DNA of 63,999 nt, filler included, from Octopus bimaculoides (Eukaryota): NCBI RefSeq assembly GCF_001194135.2. It is 3 parts of 2 records of this genome, joined end to end, with 100 filler letters (N's around TTAATTAATTAA, not from the genome) between each part and the next. Parts side by side here need not be neighbours in the genome. Positions count along the whole stretch, not along the records: positions 1 to 31,162 come from NC_068982.1; positions 31,263 to 62,695 come from NC_068982.1; 1 more part is not named here. One strand, 5' to 3'. The notes beneath the pieces were generated by a model. That model searched no databases. It worked only from the letters and a program-made list of their open reading frames with translations, and had not been told where the DNA came from. Numbering within the stretch: the stretch's first letter is position 1; each line of letters starts with the position of its first letter. The position numbers and the translations under genes were made by a program. Of the stretch, positions 25,366-36,022 are shown in pieces.

Positions 25366-26085
25366 TGTAGCGTGGCGCCAAATTCATAACAGCCGGCAAT
25401 ATGACGTAATGTCGTATGCCGAGGAAATATGATTGTTGTTTTCCCATTGGTTGAAATAACTGCTCATATTTGAATTCTGAGAATTAGTAAAAGAATATTT
25501 TTATGAAATTTCTATTCTTGAAAGTCAAGTTGAGCAGTTATAAAAACACTGGATTTTGGGGGAAAACTTTAGTGCTTGTGGTTGTCTACATTAATCCACG
25601 TCACTCAAATCCAGAGTAATGGTTGTTACCACGAGAAATACTCTTTAAAGTTCGACACCGATTTTGGTTGTCGTGTTTCATTCATTAGTTAAGCCTATGA
25701 ATTAGCTAGAAAAATAATATATGAAATAATGTATATAAATAAAATATATAAAATTATATTTCATCTTTCTTCAATTCTTCCCAACCTGTTTAACATATTT
25801 AATTCTGTTTAATAATCTGTAACGTTTTTTTTTATAGCTGTACATAATAAGGACACGATCTTCAACATACATTTTCAAAAGACGTATAGGTGTACATTAG
25901 CGTCCGTTCAAGACTTACGCTAACATGACGTACATTTTAACTTGAGAGATAATACTTATTGATATCCTTTACAAGGTAAGGGACCACTCGTAAATGAGTG
26001 TAAAATAAGCAGCCTTAAAATAACAATTATTTCAATTACTATAACTGTTGTAGAAAAACTGGTGACTACCAATAAAACCATTATA
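25366..26085 (+). repeat. 3' LTR (720 bp)
   Basis: tgtagcgtggcgccaaattc...aaaaccattata, preceded by a weak purine tract tggtgaaaggctgaa. Confidence 0.92.
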
Positions 26086-26229
26086 GTTGTATAAACCTAT
26101 ATAAGGAGCAAGAGGCGTGAAGAGGCAGCAAATCGGAGAATTGCCTCGGGCGAAATACACTACCTGCGCCACTGGCTAACCGTTAGGCCAGTTTTGATTA
26201 TTTTACATCCATTGGAAACAGAAGGAACT

Positions 26230-26460
26230 GAAAATAGAAAACAGAAGTTAGAGCCTGAACGCGAGAAAGAAAATTAGCAATTAAATATCTGAGACAAAAC
26301 AACAGAACTCAATGGCACTACAGATGAATAAACAATAGGATTGCTGCACCAAATGTGCAATGGAGTTTGGTTAAAATGAGGATGAGCTTACTTATGCACA
26401 AAAAAATGCTAATTACAGGATTGGTCAATAATTAAAATTTGCGGAAATATAGCAATGGCC
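26230..26460 (+). mobile_element. decayed RT N-terminal segment, probable continuation of the RTE at 18525-20250
   Basis: AIKYLRQN/KTTELNGTTD..LLHQMCNGVW resembles AIKxLKxxKAxGxD..LxxLCNxIW. Confidence 0.4.
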
Positions 26461-26554
26461 ACACCATCAATTTAATAATGTTTATCAATTTAAACTCATA
26501 GGTCAGTCTACTTAATAGTCTGTCTATATGCATATATTAGCCTTATTTTATATA

Positions 26555-27435
26555 TATTCCGGGTGCAGTGAATAAATTATTGTCTCAATTACGCAAAAAT
26601 GAAAATAACGCTCACATCTCATTTTAACAGATATATTTACCAAAATTACATAAAAATGTCTTGAAATACTAAAAATTAAATTTATTCAACAAAATCACCA
26701 TTGACTTCAACCATGACCTCCAGACGACTTCAGAATCTCCTGCAACTCTTCTGGATGGTCTCCTTGTTTAAGTTGGTGAAGGCTGCCATAATCCTTGCTT
26801 TCAGTTAATCTTTGATGTTTCAAGGAGTTTTTGTTGGTCTCTCGCTCAACTGCGCCCCACACATAATAACCAAGGAGGTTGCAGTCTGGGGAGTTAGGTG
26901 GCCAGATGTTAGGGGTGATGTGGTCTCAGAAATTGTGTGGCATGGTGCAGACTCATGTTACCAGACATACGGTCTTCCAGCATCCACCCTCTTGAATCAA
27001 GGCAGCACTAACTCCTTCAGGTACTTGATGTAGGCCACCGTGTTGAGTGTGAGGCCGTGTAGGAAGATAAATGGATACATAACGACGCAATCATTAGTGA
27101 TAAACTCAAAACACCATGATATTGACTGGATGTTTGATTTTTATTAGACTCGGTATATGTTTTGGGAACACGGGCATGTTCGATTGGAGGGGACACTTGA
27201 GTTTTTTCAAAAGCTTCGTAGCGCGGTCTTTCCTCTTATCTTTGATGGTTTGGGATAAACATTTGCTCTTTCTCATCTTGTATGAGGAATAACGAATGTC
27301 TTTATGCACTGCTTGCCTGGTGAGAAAGTCAGACATACCCATGTTCCTGGCGATGGACCTGATTGACTTGAAGGGATCATTGGATTTCACCAACAAATTC
27401 AAGAGTTCTTTTCTTGATCTGGACCTCACCAAATT
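26555..27435 (-). mobile_element. Tc1/mariner (maT/DD37D-like) element, internally deleted, 3' end present
   Basis: KSIRSIAR..DIRYSSYKMRK..KHPVNIMVFGVI..GRPYVW..SAPCH..SRLEVMVEVNGDFVE*. Motif order parallels the transposase at 37768-38784. Confidence 0.75.
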
Positions 27436-27504
27436 TTATTTAATTTGCTTTGCGAGAGCAACTGTTTTATCGAAAGCGTATATTGTTGTTAAATGCTCGA
27501 AATA

Positions 27505-27835
27505 CGAGAGTAGAAAAACAACCAACAACTGATGAAGGGTTGTTCTTTATGTTTTTTTTCTATTTGTGTCGTTGTTCGAAAGAATAATTCATGTTCCATG
27601 TACTCGTGCTTCGTATTTTTTTGTTGTACACGTTTCGTGATGCCCCGTGCCCACATATGCATATATATATATATATATATAGTTGTAAGTATGTACATAT
27701 ACGTATGTATGAGCGTTAGCTCGAAACGTCAAAGACTTTCTCTATTCCCGAGCGTTAAACTAATACATCCATTTGTTGTTTACACCAGCTGTCTTCGTCT
27801 GCTGTTTTTTTCCGTAAATTCTCCCATATATACAT
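27505..27835 (+). mobile_element. probable Penelope-like element terminal repeat
   Basis: ctgatgaag (about 27529) and gagcgttagctcgaaacgtc (about 27711-27730), motifs typical of PLE ends. Confidence 0.4.
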
Positions 27836-28029
27836 ATATATATATAATCTCAAATAATATCAAAGGTACAAAAAGGACGTACTTCGAGAGAAATCATAGG
27901 TATGGCATAATTAAAGGGTAGAGTGATCCAGCGTAGGAAAATTTCAAGAATTAGTTACACCAAATCATCGACGGAAGGATGTAGAACATCCGTATGAGCA
28001 TGCGATAATAGGCAAATCTGAAATAAAAA

Positions 28030-28235
28030 TTAAAAACGAAAACAACAAAAGAACATTCACAGTGAATGTACTAGGATGACACTCAATTTAAGAAGGAAAA
28101 AAGAGAGGGTTATGTGACGTTTCGAGCATCGCTTTTTGTAAGGAAGCGGAAAGAGCAAAAATCCGGTGAGAACGAACAAAAGAAAAGCACGTACGTTGTT
28201 ACATAGCTGAAGTGCACAGACATAAAGTGAAAATG
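28030..28235 (-). mobile_element. probable Penelope-like element terminal repeat
   Basis: Revcomp contains agcgatgctcgaaacgtcac, related to the opposite-strand copy at 27711. Confidence 0.4.
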
Positions 28236-28239
28236 GCCA

Positions 28240-28269
28240 GTGTGTGTGTGTGCGTGTGTGCGTGTGTGC

Positions 28270-28301
<32 letters not shown>

Positions 28302-28820
28302 GCGTGTAGTGTGTGTGTTTGTGTGTGCGTGTGTGCGTTCGTATATGTTTATGTTTGGGTGGATCTGATACATTAGTAGGATTAGTTAGATTCTGTGGTA
28401 CTAGTTGAAGTGACACGTGTGTGAGTGAGTTGATATTGCTGTGTGTTTGTACGTGTGTGTTTGTGAGTGTACGTTTCTGAATGTGTGCTTGCGTGTGTGG
28501 GTGTGGGTGTAGTTGAGGGATTTGGGAGGGTGAGGTGACAAGCGTGCGGGTTGATGTTGCCATGTGTGTGCGTATGAGTGCCTATGAAAGCGTGTTTACG
28601 GCTGTGTATGTATATGTGTGTGTATGTGTGTTTGCGTGTGGTGTGTGTTTGAGAGGCGAGGGAACAAGCGCGTGTGTGCGTTGATGTTGTCGTGTGTGTA
28701 CGCGTTTGTGTCTGTGAGTGCGTGTGTACGGGTGTGCGTGTATGTGTGTGCATGTATGTTACGTGTGCGTGTGTTTGTGCGCGCGCGCGTGTGTGTATGT
28801 CTGTGCATACATACGCACAC
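28240..28820. repeat. degenerate (TG)n/(TGCG)n low-complexity tract
   Basis: Directly visible. Confidence 0.9.
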
Positions 28821-28829
28821 ATAAAGATG

Positions 28830-29376
28830 GACAGCTGCAATGGCGACTACGAAGCCGTGGTCTGAAGAAAGAGGCGCCGCAGGCTTTCTGATTACATCCA
28901 CACGCCTTATGCTCAATTCAGAAAATTATGCGAAGCTTTTGGAGAGAGCTGCGCCTGGAAGGTCATATGTGTAACAGCGACATTCGGCTCCTTGGCACAT
29001 CGCCCGGGAAGAGTCAGGTGGTTGTCGGCGAATTTCTACAGCTTCACCAGCCCTAATTTCTGACTTCCTATCCCCGCATGGATTGCTACGTGTAAAGCAC
29101 ATTTGACAGACACCAACTGCTCTGCCAGCCACACCAAGGCAAAACTGATGGGCAACATAGAGAAGGTTTTCGAAGATATTCCCAGGGACACAACGAGGAA
29201 TGAACGCACCAGGTTCCCAAACAGCAATAAGACCGTGGTGGAAGTTGAGGGCAGCTATTTTGAGCAAACTGTTATCTCCCAAACATAATTCCAGTACATA
29301 TTTTTTGACGTTTTAGAATACTTTTATTTTCTTTTTCTTTTATGTGAACTTTCAAATTTAGCCTGAACACTTTGTA
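28830..29376 (+). mobile_element. Tc1/mariner (maT-like) 3' fragment with terminal repeat and TA
   Basis: PGRSYV*QRHSAPWH..WLSANFYSFTSPNF..MDCYV..VVEVEGSYFE. Ends with aaatttagcctgaacactttg-TA. Confidence 0.7.
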
Positions 29377-30864
29377 TATTCTCTTCTCTTCTAGGCGCAA
29401 TTTCTAACCATGTGGAGTAAAATAACTTTTGTCATATCTCTCTCTCTCTCTCTCTCTCTCTTTCCCTTCAGCTCTCTCTCTCTNNNNNNNNNNNNNNNNN
29501 NNNNNNNNNNNNNNNNNNNNNNNNNNNNNNNNNNNNNNNNNNNNNNNNNNNNNNNNNNNNNNNNNNNNNNNNNNNNNNNNNNNNNNNNNNNNNNNNNNNN
29601 NNNNNNNNNNNNNNNNNNNNNNNNNNNNNNNNNNNNNNNNNNNNNNNNNNNNNNNNNNNNNNNNNNNNNNNNNNNNNNNNNNNNNNNNNNNNNNNNNNNN
29701 NNNNNNNNNNNNNNNNNNNNNNNNNNNNNNNNNNNNNNNNNNNNNNNNNNNNNNNNNNNNNNNNNNNNNNNNNNNNNNNNNNNNNNNNNNNNNNNNNNNN
29801 NNNNNNNNNNNNNNNNNNNNNNNNNNNNNNNNNNNNNNNNNNNNNNNNNNNNNNNNNNNNNNNNNNNNNNNNNNNNNNNNNNNNNNNNNNNNNNNNNNNN
29901 NNNNNNNNNNNNNNNNNNNNNNNNNNNNNNNNNNNNNNNNNNNNNNNNNNNNNNNNNNNNNNNNNNNNNNNNNNNNNNNNNNNNNNNNNNNNNNNNNNNN
30001 NNNNNNNNNNNNNNNNNNNNNNNNNNNNNNNNNNNNNNNNNNNNNNNNNNNNNNNNNNNNNNNNNNNNNNNNNNNNNNNNNNNNNNNNNNNNNNNNNNNN
30101 NNNNNNNNNNNNNNNNNNNNNNNNNNNNNNNNNNNNNNNNNNNNNNNNNNNNNNNNNNNNNNNNNNNNNNNNNNNNNNNNNNNNNNNNNNNNNNNNNNNN
30201 NNNNNNNNNNNNNNNNNNNNNNNNNNNNNNNNNNNNNNNNNNNNNNNNNNNNNNNNNNNNNNNNNNNNNNNNNNNNNNNNNNNNNNNNNNNNNNNNNNNN
30301 NNNNNNNNNNNNNNNNNNNNNNNNNNNNNNNNNNNNNNNNNNNNNNNNNNNATACTGGTGCACACACACACACACACAGATACAAATTAGGGTCTACCTG
30401 TTTTTAAACATGCTAAATTCATTAAGACAATATAACACTGGTCAGATTGGTGTTCTTTTTCACATTCTGTGTCTTCGATTCAATATTCCAGGTCGGTAAA
30501 ATACATAATAGTACTCAATTTTGGGGGTCAGTGTATTCCAATCCCTCAAAATATCTGTTCTTGAGCCTAATTTACAAATAATTATCAAATTGTTTACTAA
30601 TTAGGAGTGAAAAGTGAGTTTGAACGTTTTTCTTCCTTTATGTATATTGTTCAAATAAACACGATACCTTCCTTCTTTTTAATTGCATTTTACTAATATT
30701 CACGACTATTAATCAGTTTCTAGGAATTTTAATGGATGTACAAACACACACGCCCGAGCGTGCATATATATGCATACAAACTCGGGCGCGAGCGCACACA
30801 CGCAGGCACCCATACACACGCCCCACAAACATTTTACATAGCTCGTCAATCATGTTTCTTACTT

Positions 30865-31125
30865 CCAACGCGTTCTTTCCAAATCACATAGTTCCGGGTT
30901 CAGCCCCACTGCGTGACACCATGGGCAAGTGTCTTCTACTATAACCTCAAGATGACCAAAACCTTGTGAGTCTCCGAAACTTAGCGGTTCGGCAAAAGAT
31001 ACCGATACAATAAGTACTAGGCTTACAAAGAATAAGTCTTGAGGCTGATTTGTTCGACTAAAGGCGGTGCTCCTGCATGGCCGCAGTCAAATGACTGAAA
31101 CAAGTAAAAGAACACAAGAATAAAA
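30865..31125 (+). mobile_element. SINE family A, internally deleted
   Basis: ccgggttcagccccactgcgtgacacc...ggcggtgctcctgcatggccgcagtcaaatgactgaaac. Confidence 0.8.
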
Positions 31126-31162
31126 GAACACACACATACATATGTATATATATGTATATATA

Positions 31163-31262
31163 NNNNNNNNNNNNNNNNNNNNNNNNNNNNNNNNNNNNNN
31201 NNNNNNTTAATTAATTAANNNNNNNNNNNNNNNNNNNNNNNNNNNNNNNNNNNNNNNNNNNN
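31163..31262. other. assembly join: 44 N + TTAATTAATTAA + 44 N
   Basis: Exactly 100 bp with a six-frame-stop linker. The same construct occurs at 62696-62795. Confidence 0.9.
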
Positions 31263-31337
<75 letters not shown>

Positions 31338-32291
31338 GTGTGTATGGCCGATTCATAAGAGAAAAAAAATTATTCTGTGATTTTCTTATTGCTTTTTTAT
31401 TTCCTAGATCGTTATAGGAATTTTATTATCACTAATCCATGTTGGAGTTGCTACTTTATCGTCAAATTTAACATGGTTTGTTACCATTATGCAGTGGAAA
31501 ATGCTATCTGGTGATATTTTATCTTAGACATACGTACAATCAGTCATATATACGAATATACTTACATAAATACATACAAATATGTAAAATCATGCATATA
31601 TTTGTGCATAAAGACAAATATCCCCAAACATAAAACATGCATACACGCAGGCATATATCTGTAAATATGTAAGTATGTATATATGTACACAAGTACGTAT
31701 ATCTAACACAGGTTTATATGTTTTCACAATGAAATTTATGTATATGTACGTTTACATGTCTAGTTACATTTAAATCTTCTTTAATTAATATTCATTTGGT
31801 ATTATTATGATGTAAAGAATGGAATATGTAAAATAAACTAATGAAAACCCAAAGTTTTATTGTACAGCTTCAAGTACTAATGTACAGTAAAAGTATTTCT
31901 CGTGTTTTTTTTTTTATTATTTTGCTTTTGTCCCCTTTTTATTTTTGCCCTTCGTCGTATCGTATTGTACTAATCAAAATGTTCCGCAGCTGTCCTGGAA
32001 TATCTTTGATCAGCTTATAACTTGCATGACATCGACATCACGGTTGTGTCGTTCTTTTAAAGCTGAACGTACCCCACCTATCGTTGCTTGATATAAGCGA
32101 CTCTCATTAGTTGTTATTTCTGGTCAAAGTTGTCAGCGGCGTAAGTAGTTATTTTATTTATTAATGGATGATACTACATCTTTGAATTTTCTACATTCCA
32201 AAATCGAAAAAGAAATTAATACACTTGAATGTTTTTCTTGCAATTATTTCTTTGTGGCTTCATTATATTTGTAAAATACTATAAATTATCA

Positions 32292-32430
32292 AATTCTGCC
32301 GAGGCTGACTTTGCCTTTCATCCTTTCGGGGTCGATAAATTAAGTACCAGTTGCATACTGGGGTCAATGTAATCGATTGCCCCCCCCCCCAAAAACATTT
32401 CGGGCCTTGTGCCTTGAGTAGAAAAAAATT
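32292..32430 (+). mobile_element. SINE family B fragment
   Basis: aattctgccgaggctgactttgcctttcatcctttcggggtcgataaattaagtacc. Confidence 0.8.
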
Positions 32431-32469
32431 CTATAAATTATGCTGCAAATTGCGCAGATAAAATAAATT

Positions 32470-32740
32470 CTTTTATCTTTTATTTGTCTCAGTCATTGGA
32501 CTGAGACCATGCTGGGGCACCGCCTTGAATTTTTAATTGAATGAATCGACCCCAGTACTTTTTTTTAAAGCCTGGTACTTATTCGACCGGTATCTTTTAC
32601 CGAACCATTAATTGATGAGGACGTAAACACACCAACACTGGTTGTCAAGCAATGGTGGGAAAGAGACACAAAGAGAGAGAGACTCACACACACACAAGAC
32701 GGGCTTCTTTCAGTTTTCGTCTATCAAATCTAATTACAAG
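32470..32740 (-). mobile_element. SINE family A
   Basis: cagtcattggactgagaccatgctggggcaccgcc...ggacgtaaacacaccaacactggttgtcaagc. Confidence 0.8.
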
Positions 32741-32942
32741 TGAATAAAGAAAGTACATGACTTTAATAATGTTGATTTCGATTTTCTTTGCAACATTTAT
32801 CTTGTGTTGGAGTTCATGTCATGGGATAATAAATTTTATTTGCAATTTATTTTTGACTTGGAACATTTTTGAGTAAAATAAAGAATCCTTAAAAGTCAGT
32901 AGGTAGAAATTAAGTATGGGAAACAGCACTCGTGGTTTTCAC

Positions 32943-33014
32943 GACAAAAGTTTTGATTATTTGCTGCCGACAAAAGTTTTGACTATTTGCTGCCGACAAA
33001 AGTTTTGATTATTT
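32943..33014. repeat. 26-bp tandem repeat, about 2.8 copies
   Basis: Unit gacaaaagttttga(t/c)tatttgctgcc, with no spacers. Confidence 0.9.
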
Positions 33015-33189
33015 AGATGACTCTAAGGTGATGAGTCAGTCGTAAGGTAGAAGAAACGTTAGCAAGTCACACAAAATGTTTAGCGTCATCTCTTCCGATT
33101 CGTTACTTTGAGTCAAACATTGGGGTTGAAGTAATCGAAATTTTCCCCCTCCACTCAATTCTGCTGGCCTTGTACCAAACAATCAGAAA

Positions 33190-33850
33190 GAATTCTTTTC
33201 TACTCTAGGCACAAGGCTCGAAATTTTTGGGCAGCGGGGCCAGTCGATTAGATCAACTCCAGTACGCAACTTGTGCTTAATTTATCGAGCCAGGCAAAGT
33301 CGACCTCGGTGGAACTTGAACTCTGAACGTAAAGACAGATGAAAATACCTATTTCTTTACTGCCCACAAGGGGCTACACACAGAGGGGACAAACAAGGAC
33401 AGACAAACGGATTAAGTCGATTATATCGACCCCAGTACGTAACTAGTACTTAATTTATCGACCCCGAAAGGATGAAAGGCAAAGTCGACCTCGGCGGAAT
33501 TTGAACTCATAACGCAGTGGCAGACGAAATACCGCTAAGCATTTCNNNNNNNNNNNNNNNNNNNNNNNNNNNNNNNNNNNNNNNNNNNNNNNNNNNNNNN
33601 NNNNNNNNNNNNNNNNNNNNNNNNNNNNNNNNNNNNNNNNNNNNNNNNACACAGAGGGGACAAACAAGGACAGACAAACGGATTAAGTCGATTATATCGA
33701 CCCAGTACGTAACTGGTACTTAATTTATCGACCCCGAAAGGATGAAAGGCAAAGTCGACCTCGGCGGAATTTGAACTCATAACGCAGTGGCAGACGAAAT
33801 ACCGCTAAGCATTTCGCCTGGCGTGCTAACGTTTCTGCCAGCTCACTGCC
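33190..33850 (-). mobile_element. SINE-B chain: tailed SINE-B joined to an older SINE-B
   Basis: Revcomp junction ...ccccttgtgggcagtaaagaaat|aggtattttcatctgtc at 33351/33350. Confidence 0.8.
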
Positions 33851-33886
33851 ATACAATTAGAAAGAATTGTTTAGATTAATCTTGAC

Positions 33887-33942
33887 ATAAGGCGACGAGC
33901 TGGCAGAAACGCTAGCACGCCGGTCGAGCTGCTTAGCGGTAT
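33887..33942 (+). mobile_element. SINE family B head (left flank of the insertion)
   Basis: aggcgacgagctggcagaaacgctagcacgccggtcgagctgcttagcggtat. Confidence 0.85.
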
Positions 33943-35639
33943 AACGGCTCTGTGAGTTTACTGGTCGGACGTGTTATTACTCGCTGCGACTTTTTTTAGT
34001 ATAACGCGACTATTATTTGGTGGGCGTTGTTGAGATGGAGAAAATGAAGACGCATGCAGCAGCGACAGGGAGTCAAGCTTCCGTCGTCCCAGGCCTGCTG
34101 AAGCAATATGAAATACATTGGACTGAAGACATGGCTGAGAAAATTGGAAAATATAAAGAAATGATAAAGAAGGAAGAGCCAAACGTAAAGCTGACCCCAT
34201 CAGAGGAGGAAAGGACGAAGATGGAAATTGGAGTCGTGGAGTATAAATCATTTTCAAGGAAAAATAGAAGAATAGAGAGAGCAATGAAGGAGGAGGTGGA
34301 GGAGTGTTTGAAGGAATTGCAAGAAGATGTGTCGTTTTTTTTACAAGAGGCAAGACATACGCGTCTGTAGAGATCACATTTGTATCGGAGGAGGCAGCAA
34401 AGAAATACGCCAATAAGACGTTAACTAAAGGAAATTGGATGCTCTTTCCCAATAAGTTGGTTAGACGTCCAACGTGAATTAGAGTGGGTAGGATCTCGCC
34501 GAAAATAGAATTGGAATGGGTAATGGCAGCAGTTTTTCCTGAAAGAGATGTAAGGATAATTATGATAAGCAGAACCCAACAAATAAATTGCTGGGGGTAT
34601 GGATTGGCGGTGCTTTTTATGGTAAGTCAGAAATTTTACAGTGACATACCGGAGACACTGGAACTGCCTAACGAGGACAAACTGGACATAATGTTGGAGG
34701 GGAGACCTCCAAAGTGCTACTAATGTGGCAAAAGAGGTCACATTAGAAGAAGGTGCCCAGAAATAATGGAAAACAAAGAAATGGAAACGCAAGAAGGCGT
34801 GATAGAGGAGAGGAAACAGTCACAGGAAGAGGAGAAGAAACAGTCACAGGAAGAGGAGCAGAAAGCTGATTTTGAGGGAGCTAAATCAAGGAAGAGAGAA
34901 AGGAGGAACTCATCGCCGAAAGTCGAACAAGGGAAAAAATACAAATCACAGGATCAAGTGGGATCACTGAGGAAAGAGGATAATAACAGAACATTACCAC
35001 AGAACCATACAGTCTCACAATCGCACAGACAGACAGATACACGGATGCATAAACACACAGACATACATACACTCGGAAGCGTAGAAGATAACGCAGAGTT
35101 GCAGAAGCCTAAAAGCACAGAACCTGAAAACACAGACACACAAACACAACNNNNNNNNNNNNNNNNNNNNNNNNNNNNNNNNNNNNNNNNNNNNNNNNNN
35201 NNNNNNNNNNNNNNNNNNNNNNNNNNNNNNNNNNNNNNNNNNNNNNNNNNNNNNNNNNNNNNNNNNNNNNNNNNNNNNNNNNNNNNNNNNNNNNNNNNNN
35301 NNNNNNNNNNNNNNNNNNNNNNNNNNNNNNNNNNNNNNNNNNNNNNNNNNNNNNNNNNNNNNNNNNNNNNNNNNNNNNNNNNNNNNNNNNNNNNNNNNNN
35401 NNNNNNNNNNNNNNNNNNNNNNNNNNNNNNNNNNNNNNNNNNNNNNNNNNNNNNNNNNNNNNNNNNNNNNNNNGAACTGTTGAAATAATTGAAATAACGC
35501 GGCCGCCCCGGGGTGGGGCTGGGGTGGCCGTCCCATCATCATTGTTTAATTTCATTGTTCCATTCTATCATGTGTTAATTGTCCCCGCATGTGTGTATTG
35601 TCCAATCTGTGTTTAGCCCCTTGTGGGTAATAAAGAAAT
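33943..35639 (+). mobile_element. ORF1-only L1/Tx1-like retroelement inserted in SINE-B, 6-bp TSD
   Basis: TSD cggtat at 33937-42 and 35640-45. ORF1 starts at about 34036. Tail tgtttagccccttgtgggtaataaagaaat. Contains a 323-N gap. Confidence 0.75.
34036..35488 (+). pseudogene. ORF1 (RRM-like region plus CCHC knuckle), disrupted
   Basis: LFPNKLVRRPT*IRVGRISPKIELEW; DIMLEGRPPKCY*CGKRGHIRRRCP (34715-34756); charged C-terminal linker. Confidence 0.75.
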
Positions 35640-36022
35640 CGGTATTTCGTCTGCCGCTACGTTCTGAGTTCAAATTCCGCTGAGGTCAACTATGCCTTTC
35701 ATCCTTTCGGGATCGATTAAATAAGTACCAGTTACGCACTGGGGTCGATGTAATCGACTTAATCCGTTTGTCTGTCTTTGTTTGTCCCCTCTATGTTTAG
35801 CCCCTTGTGGGCAATAAAGAAATAAGAAACGTTAGCACGCCGGGTTAAATGGCTAGCGGTATTTCGTCTGTCTTTACATTCTGAGTTCAAAATCCGCTGA
35901 GGTCGACTTTGACTTTCATCCTTTCGGGGTCGATAAATTTAGTACCAGTTATGTACTGAGGTCGATCTAATCGACTGGCCCCGCTGCCCCAAAATTTCTG
36001 GACTTGTGCCTAGAGTAGAAAA
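35640..36022 (+). mobile_element. two SINE-B bodies in tandem (tailed variant, then older variant)
   Basis: Junction ccccttgtgggcaataaagaaat|aagaaacgttagcacgcc at 35823/35824. Confidence 0.85.

Larger units (their letters stand above)
20324..26085 (+). mobile_element. Gypsy LTR retrotransposon, CsRn1/Kabuki clade, full-length but inactivated
   Basis: Two LTRs, a tRNA-Trp-like PBS, gag with a CHCC motif, PR-RT-RH-IN order, and a 4-bp TSD gctg (20320-23) / gttg (26086-89). Confidence 0.93.

Noticed and set aside
31207-31218. TTAATTAATTAA between N-runs (also at 62740-62751)
   Set aside because: The 44N+12+44N layout is identical in both places, so this is an artificial six-frame-stop scaffold linker. 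Adjacency across these joins is not guaranteed.
32943-33014. 26-bp direct repeats as a CRISPR-like array
   Set aside because: The units are directly adjacent with no spacers, there are no cas genes, and the context is eukaryotic.
33377-33815. Apparent tandem duplication of about 170 bp of SINE-B on either side of a gap
   Set aside because: The two copies share private variants (cataacgcagtggcag) and flank an N-run. Most likely an unmerged contig overlap.
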